Made by a program: the position numbers and the translations under genes
Shown: one piece after another, positions 41,175-60,431 of the stretch
Layout of the letters: the number at the start of each line of letters is the position of its first letter
Position numbering within the stretch: the first letter of the stretch is position 1
Notes under the pieces: model-generated
What the model saw: only the letters and a program-made list of their open reading frames with translations
Told to the model about the DNA's origin: nothing
Databases searched by the model: none
Source of the DNA: Hyphochytrium catenoides
Lineage: Eukaryota; Protista; Hyphochytriomycota
Assembly: GCA_900088475.1 (NCBI GenBank)
Contig: FLMG01004102.1
Coordinates: 5,058-69,057 of the forward strand
Length of the DNA stretch: 64,000 bases
Reading direction: 5' to 3'

Positions 41175-42508
41175 GGCGAAGAGGCAGGAACTGATGTCGA
41201 AGATAACCGCTGCAGAGAGGAGCCAGTCAGCGGTGGCCTATTCCCAACGGTCTCCGGAAAGATCTCACCAAATTTCTGCTGTTGAGACCCCATTCTCATC
41301 AGCAGATGGAGGTTAGCGATCACTATCTTACAGTGGCTTGCATATTCTTGCCCTCAACCTTCTAACGCTCGCAATGGGGTAGGACTACATATCCCTTCCG
41401 TGCTGAGCTTCACGAACGAGGCACGACTCGACATTCCTGTTACGAATGACGACTCCAACAACAGCAGATCGGGGCGTTCTTGAGCCTGATCCCTCATGGA
41501 GTCGCTCAGGACCGTTTGGATAACAGAACATACAAGCTCATATGCACAGTACAATCCTGCCCGACGAAAGATAGGCAGGCTGCTGACAGGTTCGGGGCCG
41601 TGAGACAATAATGAGGGTTGAGAGGTCCAATGTTATCCACAAATAAGAAAGCCATCAGCAACAATGAAGAGCGTGGAATGTCACAGGAGCAAGCAACTGA
41701 AGGATTATATGCCTCAGCACGCAACATCTGTTCGGGTGGCGCGCATAGTCTCTCGCATTGTAGACCACCTAGGAACTAGTAGTACAAAGACCCGATCCTC
41801 ATCGAGAGCTTCGTCGCAATTTCCCATCATAACCCTCTGTGGTTTAGTGCCAGTCTTGTGAAGGAGCTGACAAAAGACATGTTTCGCAGTTGCTATGGCT
41901 AGCGAGTAGGCTGCTATTAAGATCACGCAGCAAGCCGCCCACTTCTGTCCGCTGCAGCAACAGAGCGTCTCATCTCCATGCTCAATGGTGCGACTCGGGT
42001 TGAGTTGTTGCTGATTGACGATGATGAGAGAGCCCGAACAATCAGCACAGGAACAGATGAGTCTTCATCTAGCTTGGAATTATCGCATTAAAGTCACCAG
42101 TCATTTACGATGGAGTAGTACGCCTTAGCAGCTTCAAAATAAAGCCAAATCCTACTGTTTTGCAGTCAGAGTGCCTATCATGTGACTTCACCGTCTCCCA
42201 GGAATGTCATATAAACGCAAAACAAGAACTACGTTTTGCCTTTCCTCTACTAAGCCGCCCGCTTCTTTCCGCCCCAACAATCAACATCCCTCCATCGTCG
42301 GTGGCAACGGCCTTGAGGCACAAGGCACAAGGGAACAGAGAAAAAGCTTCAGAACGCCTTTGTTCTTTCTACCTCTGCCCGAGATGCAGAGCGTCTGTCT
42401 TGCTAGAGCTGAACAGAGACCATCCTGATGTAAGGACCATGACCAAACACTGGCAGGAAATGTAAAGCACTCCGCGATAGGCCTGGTCGGGACATTCTTG
42501 ACAGAACA

Positions 42509-44790
42509 ATGGCTGCACGGATTCCTCTCGTACCTGGCGGTGGTATGGGCATCCGCTTGTACAGGCGGGTTCGAGTCCGAGTCCTAACATCTGATCCGCT
42601 TTGCAGGTAGATCACCCTTTTCCCCACGAGTGATTCCAAGCCGCATCGCGCGCCTCCCTACTCCTCGGACGGGAACTACCAAGCCGCAGAACAAGCCACA
42701 GACCGCACCCAAACAATCCGTAGGACCCGCCGGAGGTAGTGATCTAACCGATGAGGAAGGTGGCAGTTATAGGAGCCCTCGACCACCGGTTGCACCGGAA
42801 TCGACACGGCAGGCGCGTGCCGAAGCCAAGTTCAGCTGGCCGACGGGGGAGGACGACAAAGATATCACGACTTCTACTCACTCGAAGGAAGATGGCTTCA
42901 ATGCATCTGGACATAGTCCTATGACGTCCACCTCACCTCCAAGCGCACCTCGCCCGCCTCAGGCAAACGTTTCGTCTGTCACAATTGGGGGCTCTCTTAA
43001 TAGTCTAGCGAGTAGCCATCTTCGAGCACATCCGGTCTTTCCAGGTACTACGGACTGGATGCCCAATTCCTTGACTCTGCCTCTTCTCACTTCTATCTAA
43101 ACCGCTTGCATCTCGCTGTACTACTCCTCACGGCCTAAAGTTCCTCCAGCGCTTGACAGTGCGGTAGGCGCAAAAGAAATCCAGACACGTCGTCGATCTG
43201 CCTCTTTTGCTCACCCGCACCATCCCACACGGCCGCTACGGCCACCAAAGCGGCAGAGGACCGAAAGTCTGCAGATAAACAGCGCTGTCGACAGAACCGA
43301 TCAGACCACACTGACAAGCAATCATCCAGCCAAGTCGAGCACGAACGGGGGACCGTCCTTTGTGGACGCCAAAAGGCCCGAGAAGGAAAGCAAGGGCCGA
43401 GTGAAGTTACCCCCCAAAAAGCTCAAGAAATCTCAACCTGTCATCCGAGAGAAGACCCGGCTCGGAGACCTAACTCGAGGAATGCCGGCGGGAGGCTTGC
43501 CAACTAAAGCGGCCCAAGAAAGACAAGTACGTGTGCACAGCAACGCTCCTCTCGTCATTGAGCCTACATCTGTATAGTCTCTGGTCCTCCTTCACCACGA
43601 CTTCGCCTTTATGAGCAAGCCCTTAATGAGCAAGGCCTTAAGTCTCGGGACTCTTCCTAGGAGGCTGCTAAGGCTTCACGGAGAGAAAGGGAAAAGGGAT
43701 CGCGACAGTCCCCTAACGGAAATGCTAACGGTGATCAGTCTGGGGGTAAAGAGGCCCAGAATAACACCAAAACACCACCTCAAAAGAGCTCAAAAGTCAC
43801 AAATAGAGGAGAGAGGTAAGCCCCATGAGCCTCAATCGTCTTTGAGAATGCATCCTCTCGTTGGAAGGATGTTCATTAGCCCAACACTTACGTCGATATT
43901 GGGATGCTCATAGCTTTTACTTTACCATCTTCTATGACTTCCTAGTTGACCGCATCTACCACAATCAGCATTCGTGCGTATTGACAGTAAAATATCTTGA
44001 TAGCGCTCCGGTGGCTCCTACTCCTCGAGTTCAAGTTGTGAATGGGCAGATCGTGATCAATGAGGAGTCTTTGGTAGGCTTTCGATTGACTTGTAAATCA
44101 AATTGCCGGAGAGTGTAGTCTGCCTCTGCGTATTATCCGAGATGAGTCTGTTGTTGGACACTTCTACATCTTTATCGCCCCATGTAATCTTTATCTGGTT
44201 TCTCTTTTGTACATAAGCTTCTCGCTCTTCTCTGCGGGTTTCTTAGGGATTTTGTTAACGTCTGGCAATCGTAGGTGGTGCACGAAGAGCATGTTGTTGA
44301 TGAAGATCATGAGATAGTTTATGAAGGCAACCAGAATCATGTCACTTCTTCCTCCTTTTCCGTGCGTTCCAAGAGCGAAAAATGGACTTTAGATGACACC
44401 AAGAAGTTCTATGAGGTAGAGTACCCGTGATGGCTACGGAAGTGCGAAGCTTACCGTATTCACTCATTGACTGCAGGGTCTGCGGCAGTTTGGAACCGAC
44501 TTTATGATGATGTTGTCGCTCTTCCCCGGGAGGGATAGACGGCAATTGAAGAACAAATTCAAAAAAGAGGAGAGAGAGCATAAAGCACTTGTAGATAAGG
44601 CACTCAACGCCTCGTTACCTTTGGGTAAGGTCTACGGACTCTTATTCTGCCTGATGAGCAAAAGCTATGTAGTGCTTTTGGCTGACCCTTTTGTCCCTCT
44701 CTCCTAATCCGCCACACTTATATGGCCCATTACTGCTGCTGCACAGACGTTTCATTATTTGAGGAGCTTACCCAAGGCTCAGAGAGCTAG
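42509..44790 (+). CDS. BDP1: TFIIIB subunit B'' (Bdp1)-like SANT protein
   Basis: PRVQVVNGQIVINEESL followed by SEKWTLDDTKKFYEGLRQFGTDFMMMLSLFPGRDRRQLKNKFKKEER, the Bdp1-type SANT domain. Confidence 0.9.
42568..42578 (+). promoter_or_regulatory. Pol III B-box consensus match (GGTTCGAGTCC) inside Bdp1 intron 1
   Basis: Exact match to GGTTCGANTCC within the predicted intron 42543-42606. Function not shown. Confidence 0.35.
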
Positions 44791-45048
44791 CGGCTATGCC
44801 CCTATTGCGGACTTGTATTTATGTCCCATCAGCTTCATGGGGGCTAGTTGAGCATCTTGATGGATAGACTCGGAAGATAACGTGCCTGGCAAGGTGTCGT
44901 TCATAGCTGAGAGATGGTCGTTTTCATGGTCTTGTCTTGGGGATTAGTCTACATCCTCAGTCCAGAAGGGCTATCGTCATCCATCCTCATCAGCTTTTAT
45001 TAGCAGCTCAGACTAGCGCCCGAGAACGCTCTCTAGGCCTGATGGCTT

Positions 45049-46775
45049 CTAATACTTGTGAAGTTTCGTGACAATATACACTCTCACAGTCTGGTCTAAG
45101 CACGAGAGCACACAGAGGCCCTCTCTGTCCGGACTAATCCGTTTCAGAAGAAGGAACCACAGGAGAAGGTGGTAAGGCGCCCTTGTTACCAGGAAGCTCA
45201 AATAAAGATACTGTACTTAGTTCCCTCACCTCCAGTCAAAGCTCACAATAGGCTGTGGGGATATGATCCGTGAGTTCAAGAGCTCCACAGTTCCAGCGAC
45301 GCCCTTTGTGCTTCCATCGGCATTCTGCGCCGTCCTCGACATAGGATAGTGGCTATAAAATGAGGTTTAGTGAAAAGTAGACACAGCTGTTAACGAAAAT
45401 GCTCTTTTTGGCTTTGCTTGGCCTCTTACTATTTGTAGATGTTGAGTCCACCGTTGCCGCCTCCAGTCATAAATAAATCGCGATTCTGGGGAAGATGCCT
45501 GCAAGACGTTCTATCTTAGTGCTATCAACCGTCAGCATAGTCGCGAATCGCGACGACCTTGTCATAAGTGCCTCACCTTCCCAGCCATACGGTTGATTTG
45601 TGGGCCTTCTCCGACATGAATGCAAAGCCCTCCGACGGATGTTGTGTGCGCAAGTCGTAAACCCGGAACTTGCTCTCCAACGTAGTGACGAGGAGCTTGT
45701 TCATCTCTATATCCTTGCGATCAAACTCTACGCCCACAACCTAGCCAGCCAAGATGAAACACGTGATTTAGCCTCCCCTCTTATGCGCCAACAATTGCAT
45801 AGGGTAGCCTTAATACAGGTTAGCATAAGCTACCAATAACAGAAGACTTACTCCGTTCTGTACGTTAGTCTCCCACCGCAAGGTGTTCGTGCGAAGATCA
45901 AACATCTTGATGTCTCCATTGTCATAGCCCGCCGCAACGCATCGTTCGGAGTCATTGAATGAGTTGCCTAAAATTGCTCTACATCAGCCCACTATTTTGT
46001 TCTGGGCGAAGTGCACAACATACCGAAGCAAACAGTCCAGCAGTCACGTACAGCCTCCCCTTCGTCTGGTTCCAGAGACACAACAGGACTCTTTACTCTA
46101 GGATCCCAGATACGAACGCAGCCTAAGATGAGAAAGGAGCCCCGGTTTTAGCCATACTTCAGCTGCTCCAAATCCTTGAAAGCGACGTGTACCATCTCTC
46201 CCAGCGGTGGCAATCTCGGGAGCGCCATATCCGAGGTTGAGGCCACCACATCCGTCAATGGCATTGACCAACGACTTGTGAGCTTGGGCAGAATAGACCG
46301 GAATGTCTAGCCTTTCCAGATCCCTACAACGTACGCACAGGACAGATACGGGATAAGCGAACTCAGAGAAAGCTTTTAAAGATATTCTCAATCCTTCTCT
46401 TCTTACCAGATATTGAGGAGTCCACCAAAGTCGCCCGTGGCTAAATGACGATCATCAAGACTAGAAGCTCCAAAGGTACCGCATTTAACGCCGTGAGAGT
46501 GAACTCGCTGCAGGAAGAGACATAAGTGCAGAACCATCAGCTACGACATTTCTTTCAGGTCTCTAGAGCGAGCCATATTGAGGCAGAGGTACCTCTTGGA
46601 CTAAGTTGAGCTCTCCGTGGTTCATTTCGAAAACCTGGATGGCACCAGTTGCTTTTGGATGGATACCCATTGCCACAAACCGAGCCGAACATGGTACCCA
46701 TCTCGTATCGTAAGGGGTAAATGTGACACCCTTATGGATGTGTTCCAATATTTGAGGGGCGTCAGTTGTATCCAT
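45049..46775 (-). CDS. WDR92: WD repeat protein 92 (DNAAF10/Monad), axonemal dynein assembly factor
   Basis: [49 protein letters not shown]-terminal [29 protein letters not shown]. Confidence 0.95.
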
Positions 46776-47584
46776 CGTAAGAGCAATCTACAGAGTTCAC
46801 CAGCGTTGGGAGACCCGGAATTGAGATTTTGATGTCAGATCTATGCGTTAGAACGGGGTAATCCGCGTGGCCAACGCGCTGCACTTCCTACTCGGCCAGT
46901 AGCCCTGTGCCGTCAGCCCTCGGCATTCAGCTAAAGAACAGGACTTTCCTATTGTCAGTCACCAGCGGTCGGTCGGTGAGAAGCGCCTTGCGCAATGTAG
47001 AACTATTGGAGCGTCTCAGCCCGATGCGGCGCTGCTGGTCAAAGGTCAGGGTTGGTGGCTTCACTTGGACATGAGCTGGGACCTTCGATAAATCTAAAAC
47101 AAACGCTGAACCTTGGTGCCTTTTCCAACTCTATGTGGGGGTAACTCCAACCACTCACTGAGACGGAGCTCCCTCCGCTTCATCCTTCCTTACACTACTA
47201 TGGTCTGGAGTGAAGCACCTCCTACCCTGTGAGTAGGGCGGTGAGGCTACCTTTACATCCTGGGGGCGTTCTGAAGTGATGTGTCTTCTCAAAGGCTTCG
47301 AAGAGCTCGGATATCGAAGGAAGGCCCAGGGCGGAAGAGGCGAGGCGGCAGAGATAAGCACAGCTGGCAGCGACACATTCAACCAATATTGGCACCACCG
47401 GCAACACACTGTCATTGGCATTAGGTGCTCAATAAGCTCGTTCTTTGAGAGGACAGCAAGGCTCGCTGTGGATCCTAGAAGTGGGTTTTGGCTCTCATCG
47501 GAGACATGGAGGATGGCAGCATCGTCAGTGATCCATCCTCAGTTTTAATTCGGAAGTGAGACATTATCCTTTCCGGCTTCAAAT

Positions 47585-49076
47585 ATGTCCGCCGCAAAGC
47601 GGGAAGCTGTTAGCGATGTGGTGGTTCTGGACTCTGGCTCCTCTTGTGTTAAGGTTGGCTACAGCGGCGAGGACACACCTCGATCCATCTTCCCAGCTGC
47701 CATTGGCGATCCGATAAACAAGCTGGACTTTGCTAAAAAGTTAGGTGCTGCAGCAAAGGAGAAATATATTGGTGCCCAGGTCTTCACTCACACTGCAGAC
47801 CTGCACGTGAGCCACCCCATTGAGGTTGGATTTATGAAAAACACTATGCGATCACTGGAAACTGCGATCCCCTCACTATACTCTTCTTACGCAGCGAGGC
47901 GTTGTCGTTGACTGGGACAAGCTCGAGACGTTATGGGAGCACAGCTTCGTCGGTGAACTCGGTCTCAATCTCGAGACAGACAACGTGGCGGTAAGGGCAC
48001 ACTTCAGGCATCACAAATCTCCACCCCAATGAGGCTTATTCCAGCTCCTACTAGGTATTGGCCATAGATACAGCATTGTCGGCGAAAAAGCAGCGCGAAA
48101 GAATGGCACAAATAATGTTTGAAAAGTTCAAGGTTCAGGGATTCAATGTCGCTACGCAGAACGTACTCTCTCTTTTTGCTTCTGGGCGTACTCGAGGGCT
48201 AGTGCTCGAATGCGGAGATGGCACAACGTCCGCCGTACCAGTCTTTGAGGGTAATGTTTGGCCAAGCTCTACGTCGCCTGTATAAGCTTGAGTGTGCTAA
48301 GACACCTTGCAGGTTACGCGCTACCACACGCCATTGTGAAGACGGAAGTCGCTGGTCAGGATGTCACACGGGCAGTCCAAGATATACTGATGAAAAACGG
48401 TGTCAAGGCTGCTGCCAACAACCGGGACATTGCACGACTTGTCAAGGAAAACGTATGCTCCTTTGATGCTGGGACTACGAAGTCTAAGGTGGGTTGATTG
48501 CTTAATACCATACATTCTCTTTCTCACGCAATAAAATTGCAGGCTGATCGCTCTTTTGAGCTTCCCGATGGCACTGAAATTTCTGTGACTGACGAGTTGC
48601 GAAACCGGCCGCCCAGTCTTCTATTCGACGTACCCAAGCGAAAGGCGGATAATCCATCGCAGTCAGTGGGCCTCACCGTCACAGGTTTGGTGGTGAAGAG
48701 CCTATCAAAATGCGACACAGACCTCCAGAAAGATCTCTACAAGTCCATCCTGCTTGCAGGTGGAACGACCATGCTCAAAGGCAAGTCAGTCCCTGAAATT
48801 GAATATGCACGACTTCAAGCCCTAATCTGCTTGGGATCTGTAGGCTTTCCCAAGAAGGTGCATGCGGAACTTACTCGTTCATTCTCAAGAGAGGTAGAGT
48901 TTCAAGTGATTCCTGATGTTCACAAGGGGGAGCGCGGCTACAATGCTCAAAGACGTCTTGCGGCATGGATTGGTGGGTCACTCTTCACGTCACTAAGCAC
49001 TTATCGGCAAATCCAAATAGGGAAACAAGAATGGGAGGAATCTCATGAAAGTGTGATTCATCGGAAAGCTCTCTAA
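47585..49076 (+). CDS. Divergent actin-like protein
   Basis: VVLDSGSSCVKVGYSGEDTPRSIFP, LSLFASGRTRGLVLECGDG, FELPDG, LLAGGTTMLKGF, AAWIGGS; six exons. Confidence 0.92.
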
Positions 49077-49914
49077 TGAGCAATGTAGATACGCTCTTTC
49101 AGCGCGTTGCTTGTCCTCAACTAAAAAAAAAACTTAGTTGATTTTGTTCCACATTATGGGACCGTACTCCAGGAGTGCTGGAGTGCTGTTTGTCGACCAA
49201 CTTCATCTGCATCCTCTTGCCAGCTTGCCAGCCGCCTTGAAGCTGATGACTCTGAGCTTCCCACGTGCTGCTGCTTCAATGACAGAGGAACTCCTTTGAA
49301 CCTCGTACAGACTCCACCACTACAGTAGATGTCGCTCCACTGACACATTATTCAGCACTTCATGCATACAGATCAAGAATAGGTGGGAGTGCACTATACT
49401 GGAAACGGATCTTGTAACGCCCAACCCTCACGAGGGACCATTTCGCGCAAGGAAGGTGGTATACCTTTTACTGGTCCCCCTGTAGAGGGCTAAATGAGAG
49501 GTTAGCTTGATCAATGTGGCTGTGGGGCGGGAAGTCCGAAGCGATGGAGCAATGAAGCACGGCAAGGACATGTGGCCTTCTCATGAGCATGAGCACAGGT
49601 AGCTTCCTATGGGCTTCGAAGCGGCAGGCAAAGAATGTATTTCCTCGTTTCCTCGGTGTAGGCCGTTAGCTAAGGCATGCGTCTTTGTCAAGATCTTGGG
49701 GTTTCTGGGATTTTGTCAGCCTGCTACAATAGGCCTTCGACCCCCAACGAGTGAAAGACGCTTTTCCTCCTGGAAAATATCAGCCTCTAGTCACCAGTGT
49801 TCTTATGCCGTGCTCGTGTTGACAAGAAGGCTCTATAGCCGTCCTATTTTGGCTGTATGAAGGGGAACACGCAGCGCGAATGCTAACGACCTACTTAAAA
49901 CCACATCCTGCACA

Positions 49915-51911
49915 ATGATCCGGAAATCGAGTGTCCTTCCAAAGGAGGCCCCTACCGGAGGTGATCCCCGATCCTATGGCACTATGATAGATCTTAGCGA
50001 GAACGAGGCTTTGCTGCCCACCAAAGTCTCACATTCAGAGGTGGATACTGACTCGTATTTACACTCACTCATCCTACTGGCTTTGATTAACTATGTGACC
50101 TGCGCGGAGTGGAGCCTTGTCATGCCATCCCTATTTGCGTACATCAGTGCGTTAGGAGGAAGTCAGGCTTGCTATGGCTTTGTGCTGTGTGGCTTTGAGG
50201 CAATGCAGCTTGTCGCCAAGCCATTGGTGGGTTTGTGGGCTGACCGCCGCTCCATAGCAGAAGTATACACGATCACGTTACTCCTAGGAGTCGCCGGCAA
50301 CATTCTGTACAGCCTTGCAGAGAGCCTGGGCCTATGGGCAATAGTCGCAGGCAGACTTATCGCTGGCCTTGGTGCGGCCAACATGGTTGTCGGGCTTGGG
50401 TATTTGACTCGAACCACTACTTCTAAAAATCGAACCAAGTATATGGCGAGGATGGGCATCGTCCGTATGGTTGGGATGAGCTCGGGTCCGGTGTTCACGA
50501 TAATGTTTGAGGGTCTGAGTATCCCTCTGATTGGAGATTATAGAATTAACTCTATGACAGCACCAGGTAAGCGGCAGCAGCGTTGGCTCAACCCCTTCCA
50601 TAACTCAACCTTGGCCTAAATTATAAAGTGGGCTTATTAATGATGGAACTGTAGGTCTACTCACTGCGGCGATGCTTCTAGCCTGCTGTTTGGCAGCCAC
50701 TAAGATGAAGGAGCCTCCCGCGATCTCAACAACGCTAGGAGTATCACCATCCACCGCGTTGCTAAGTCAGGACTCTGGAAAAAAGTTCATTTGCTTTGAC
50801 AGGACGCCTACCGTCCAAGCTCTACTCTGGCTTATGACCAAACCAGCTTGCCTTCTCTGCATGCTGGTCACCTTCACCGTAAACCTGGTTGTTAGCGTGG
50901 CCAACATTATGGTCCCTCCTCTGACCAAGGTAAGGTCAATTGGCGTTCAAAATCTGGGCTCTTTCTGTCATTGAACACGGTATAACCCATGTTCAATGCT
51001 GTAGGGTGCGTTTGACTGGAGCCCGCTCTACAATAGCCTCATCTTTTCTGCGATGGCCTTCGAAATAATCTTAGGGGCCTTCATCGTTGGTTACATTAGC
51101 AACTGGGTTCATGACCGGTACCTTATCCTTGGAGGTCTCTGCTTCCTTGTGTTTAGCTGCTTAGTCATGGAGCTGACCTTCTACTGGGATATGAAGGTAC
51201 CTTTTGTATTATGAAGAGGGTCTGAGGTGTTATCACCTTGGGAGGCTGATTATTTACTCTCTAGGTTGCCCACTTTGTCATTGGGGAGCTACTCCTTAAT
51301 GCGGCCTTGCCGTTTATCAGCAGTCCCAACATTTCTCTCTTTTCCAAAGTGACTCAAAGGCATGACCCCGCGAATGTGTCGTTTTACCAAGGCATTCTGG
51401 CGATTACAGCCAGCGTAGGTGCTGTCTTGGGCCCCGTATGGGTAGGGTTCAGTTTGGGTGCGCCAGTTCCACATGGGCCAGCAGGTAAGAGTAGTGGTTT
51501 AGACTCAATGTCAGAACGCTAATGGTGATATCCCAATCCCCTTCAGGCCACCTTACAATTGGTTTAGTTATCTTAGTGGCAGTTGCTAATGTGCTCTGCC
51601 TGGCGGCCTTCTTCAAAAGCTTTCAGACGGTTGACTCTGAGCCGGAGCACCAGCTTGACGAGCTTGAAAAGGAAGAAGTTCTTGCTGCAATAGTACAGGA
51701 ACAACCCTCTACAGTTCTGCAGCAGCCAGCGGCATTTTTGACCCCTGGCCAGGAGGAGAACTTTGCCAGATATGGTACTCCTACCCCCACCCTTCTGTTG
51801 ATGTCCAGAAGCGAGGTTTCCCTCCACTCAGTGGATCTAGAGGACGACGTAGGCATAAGTAGCAAGCATGCAGAATGGCCTTCATCGCGGCGAAAGACAA
51901 ACCCTCAATAG
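49915..51911 (+). CDS. MFS transporter (MFSD8/CLN7-like)
   Basis: Multiple TM segments, GLWADRRS motif A, GRLIAGLGAAN, five exons. Confidence 0.85.
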
Positions 51912-52039
51912 CATATCGACGATAGGAATATGATATACTGATATTAGCTGAAGGACCTCATTGGTAAGGTATAAACAACCTACAAGCCGTCACATGGCGC
52001 CACTTTCTCTCCTTGAACACCATATATTTCCTAATAATT

Positions 52040-52571
52040 TTAGCCGAAGGTAATAGAGCTCTTCCCTCCTGGTGGAGCATGCAGACGAGTCGTGGATCTG
52101 CCTGTCATTACGTTGCCCGCATTTTGATTTGAACCGGAGGCGTAGGCGTTCGCCGACACTTGTCGGGGGCCAGTCTCTTGGTGATGGAAGACACCTTGGT
52201 CCTGTGGGCGTACAATCGTGGCTGGTGCATGGCTGGGAACGACCGTATCCTGTTGCTTTACCGATGAGCGCTTCGCTGAAACGTCGGTGTCAGCAAAATT
52301 CCCACCCTGGGGGATAGGGTTGCTGGACTGTGGATATAAACGCTAATCAGCAAACGAGCATAAGAAGTCACAAGATAAATCATACCGTCTGTGGTGCTGC
52401 CGCTCTGCCTCTTCCACTCCTTTGAGAAGCAGTTTTATCATCGCTACCTTCTCCACCGAAAAGATAGGAGAGCTGTGAGGACCCCCCAGGCTTAGCATGG
52501 ACCCTAGTGCTAGGCCTGTCACCAATAAAGTTGTCGCAGTTCTGCGAGGTCTGATATGATGTGCGTGACAT
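52040..52571 (-). CDS. SPIRAL1-like microtubule-associated small protein with two PGG motifs
   Basis: QNCDNFIGDRPSTRVHAKPGGSSQLSYLFG and NQNAGNVMTGRSTTRLHAPPGGKSSITFG*; one intron at about 52277-52385. Confidence 0.85.
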
Positions 52572-53492
52572 TGCGGTAGTGACCTGGATAGAGCTGACCG
52601 TGGACTTGATCTTCACTTGTTAGGAGGGCAATTTTGATTGTGAGGACTCTTAAAACCAGGTTGGACAGGCTTGACTACGGGATCAATGAGGCGGATTCTA
52701 ACTCCCAGGGTCAGCTCACAGTAGACGATCCGCTTGTGCCGTACAACGCAGAAGAAGACCGTAAGGGAAAAAGGCTAGCCTTTGCGGCAAAGGATGGCGA
52801 TGATGAAGAAGAGGACGATGGGGGGCGGATGGAGCTAGCATTGCTTGTCGTTGTTGCGCCGCCTCTTATTGCCCGAACCCAAGCGTGCTGTCCTGTGACG
52901 CTTTCTTACTACTAGGGCACTGGCGCTTCGGTTGCCCTGGGTTATAAACAGGTGGAACAGCGAAGGAGGAAGGGGAAGGGCATTTTCTAAGGAGGAGTAT
53001 GTTTAGATATAGATCGGGCTATTTAGCTGTTGGCCCCGTCTTTGGCGGCATAAGACTAGGCCATAAAAGGATTAAGTAGAGGCTACGGTTTTGAATGTTT
53101 GTAAGTATAAATATACAGTTTGGAGTCGTATAAAGGCGTTACAATACAAAGAGAGATCCGGCCTCTTGGAGCGCTGGACCGACGGCTGGTGAGCTGATAG
53201 GCAAGCAGGCCGATGATGCTCCAGATAGATCTTCATACTTATACCTGTAGCCCTTTGTAGGCACTTGGAGGTTGGCCCACCCATTTGGGGTCATTTGAAC
53301 CTGCCGGTCAGGAGTCGTATGCTGCCGTTCTTGGTACAGACGAGGTCTCTTTCTTTATGACGACTAGCATGTTATCTAAATGGGTTAGCCCTAACAAGTG
53401 CATTGATTGAGCCATCTTCTGGCTTTGATTTCAATTTCCTGTCCACCGGTCTAGGGTGGTATTCTACCAGTAGAGGTGATGAGTAATGATAG

Positions 53493-60166
<6,674 letters not shown>

Positions 60167-60431
60167 GAACTGTATAGCAGGAAGGTCAGGTAATGGCCAG
60201 AAGTTTCAGGAACAAAGGGAGCTGGCAATGACCATAGAGACTCAGCCACTACAAATCATCCCACCTCAGAGTTTTGCTTCGAGAGCTTGCTGGACTCCTC
60301 CTCAGCATCATCCCAATCAGTTTCAACATAAACAGCGTCGGCGACGTAAACGTCATTCTCAGATTCGTTCTGATTTGTTCCGGTCCCTGCCGTTGGAATA
60401 TGTGTTAAAATATGTGTTAAGCAAGTAAGCT

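Noticed and set aside
41335-41980. Possible small minus-strand gene between FOR20 and Bdp1
   Set aside because: Some splice-like signals, but no consistent frame or recognisable product.
42530-42590. Possible tRNA around GGTTCGAGTCC
   Set aside because: No acceptor stem, proper T-stem or variable region can be folded; kept only as a B-box match.
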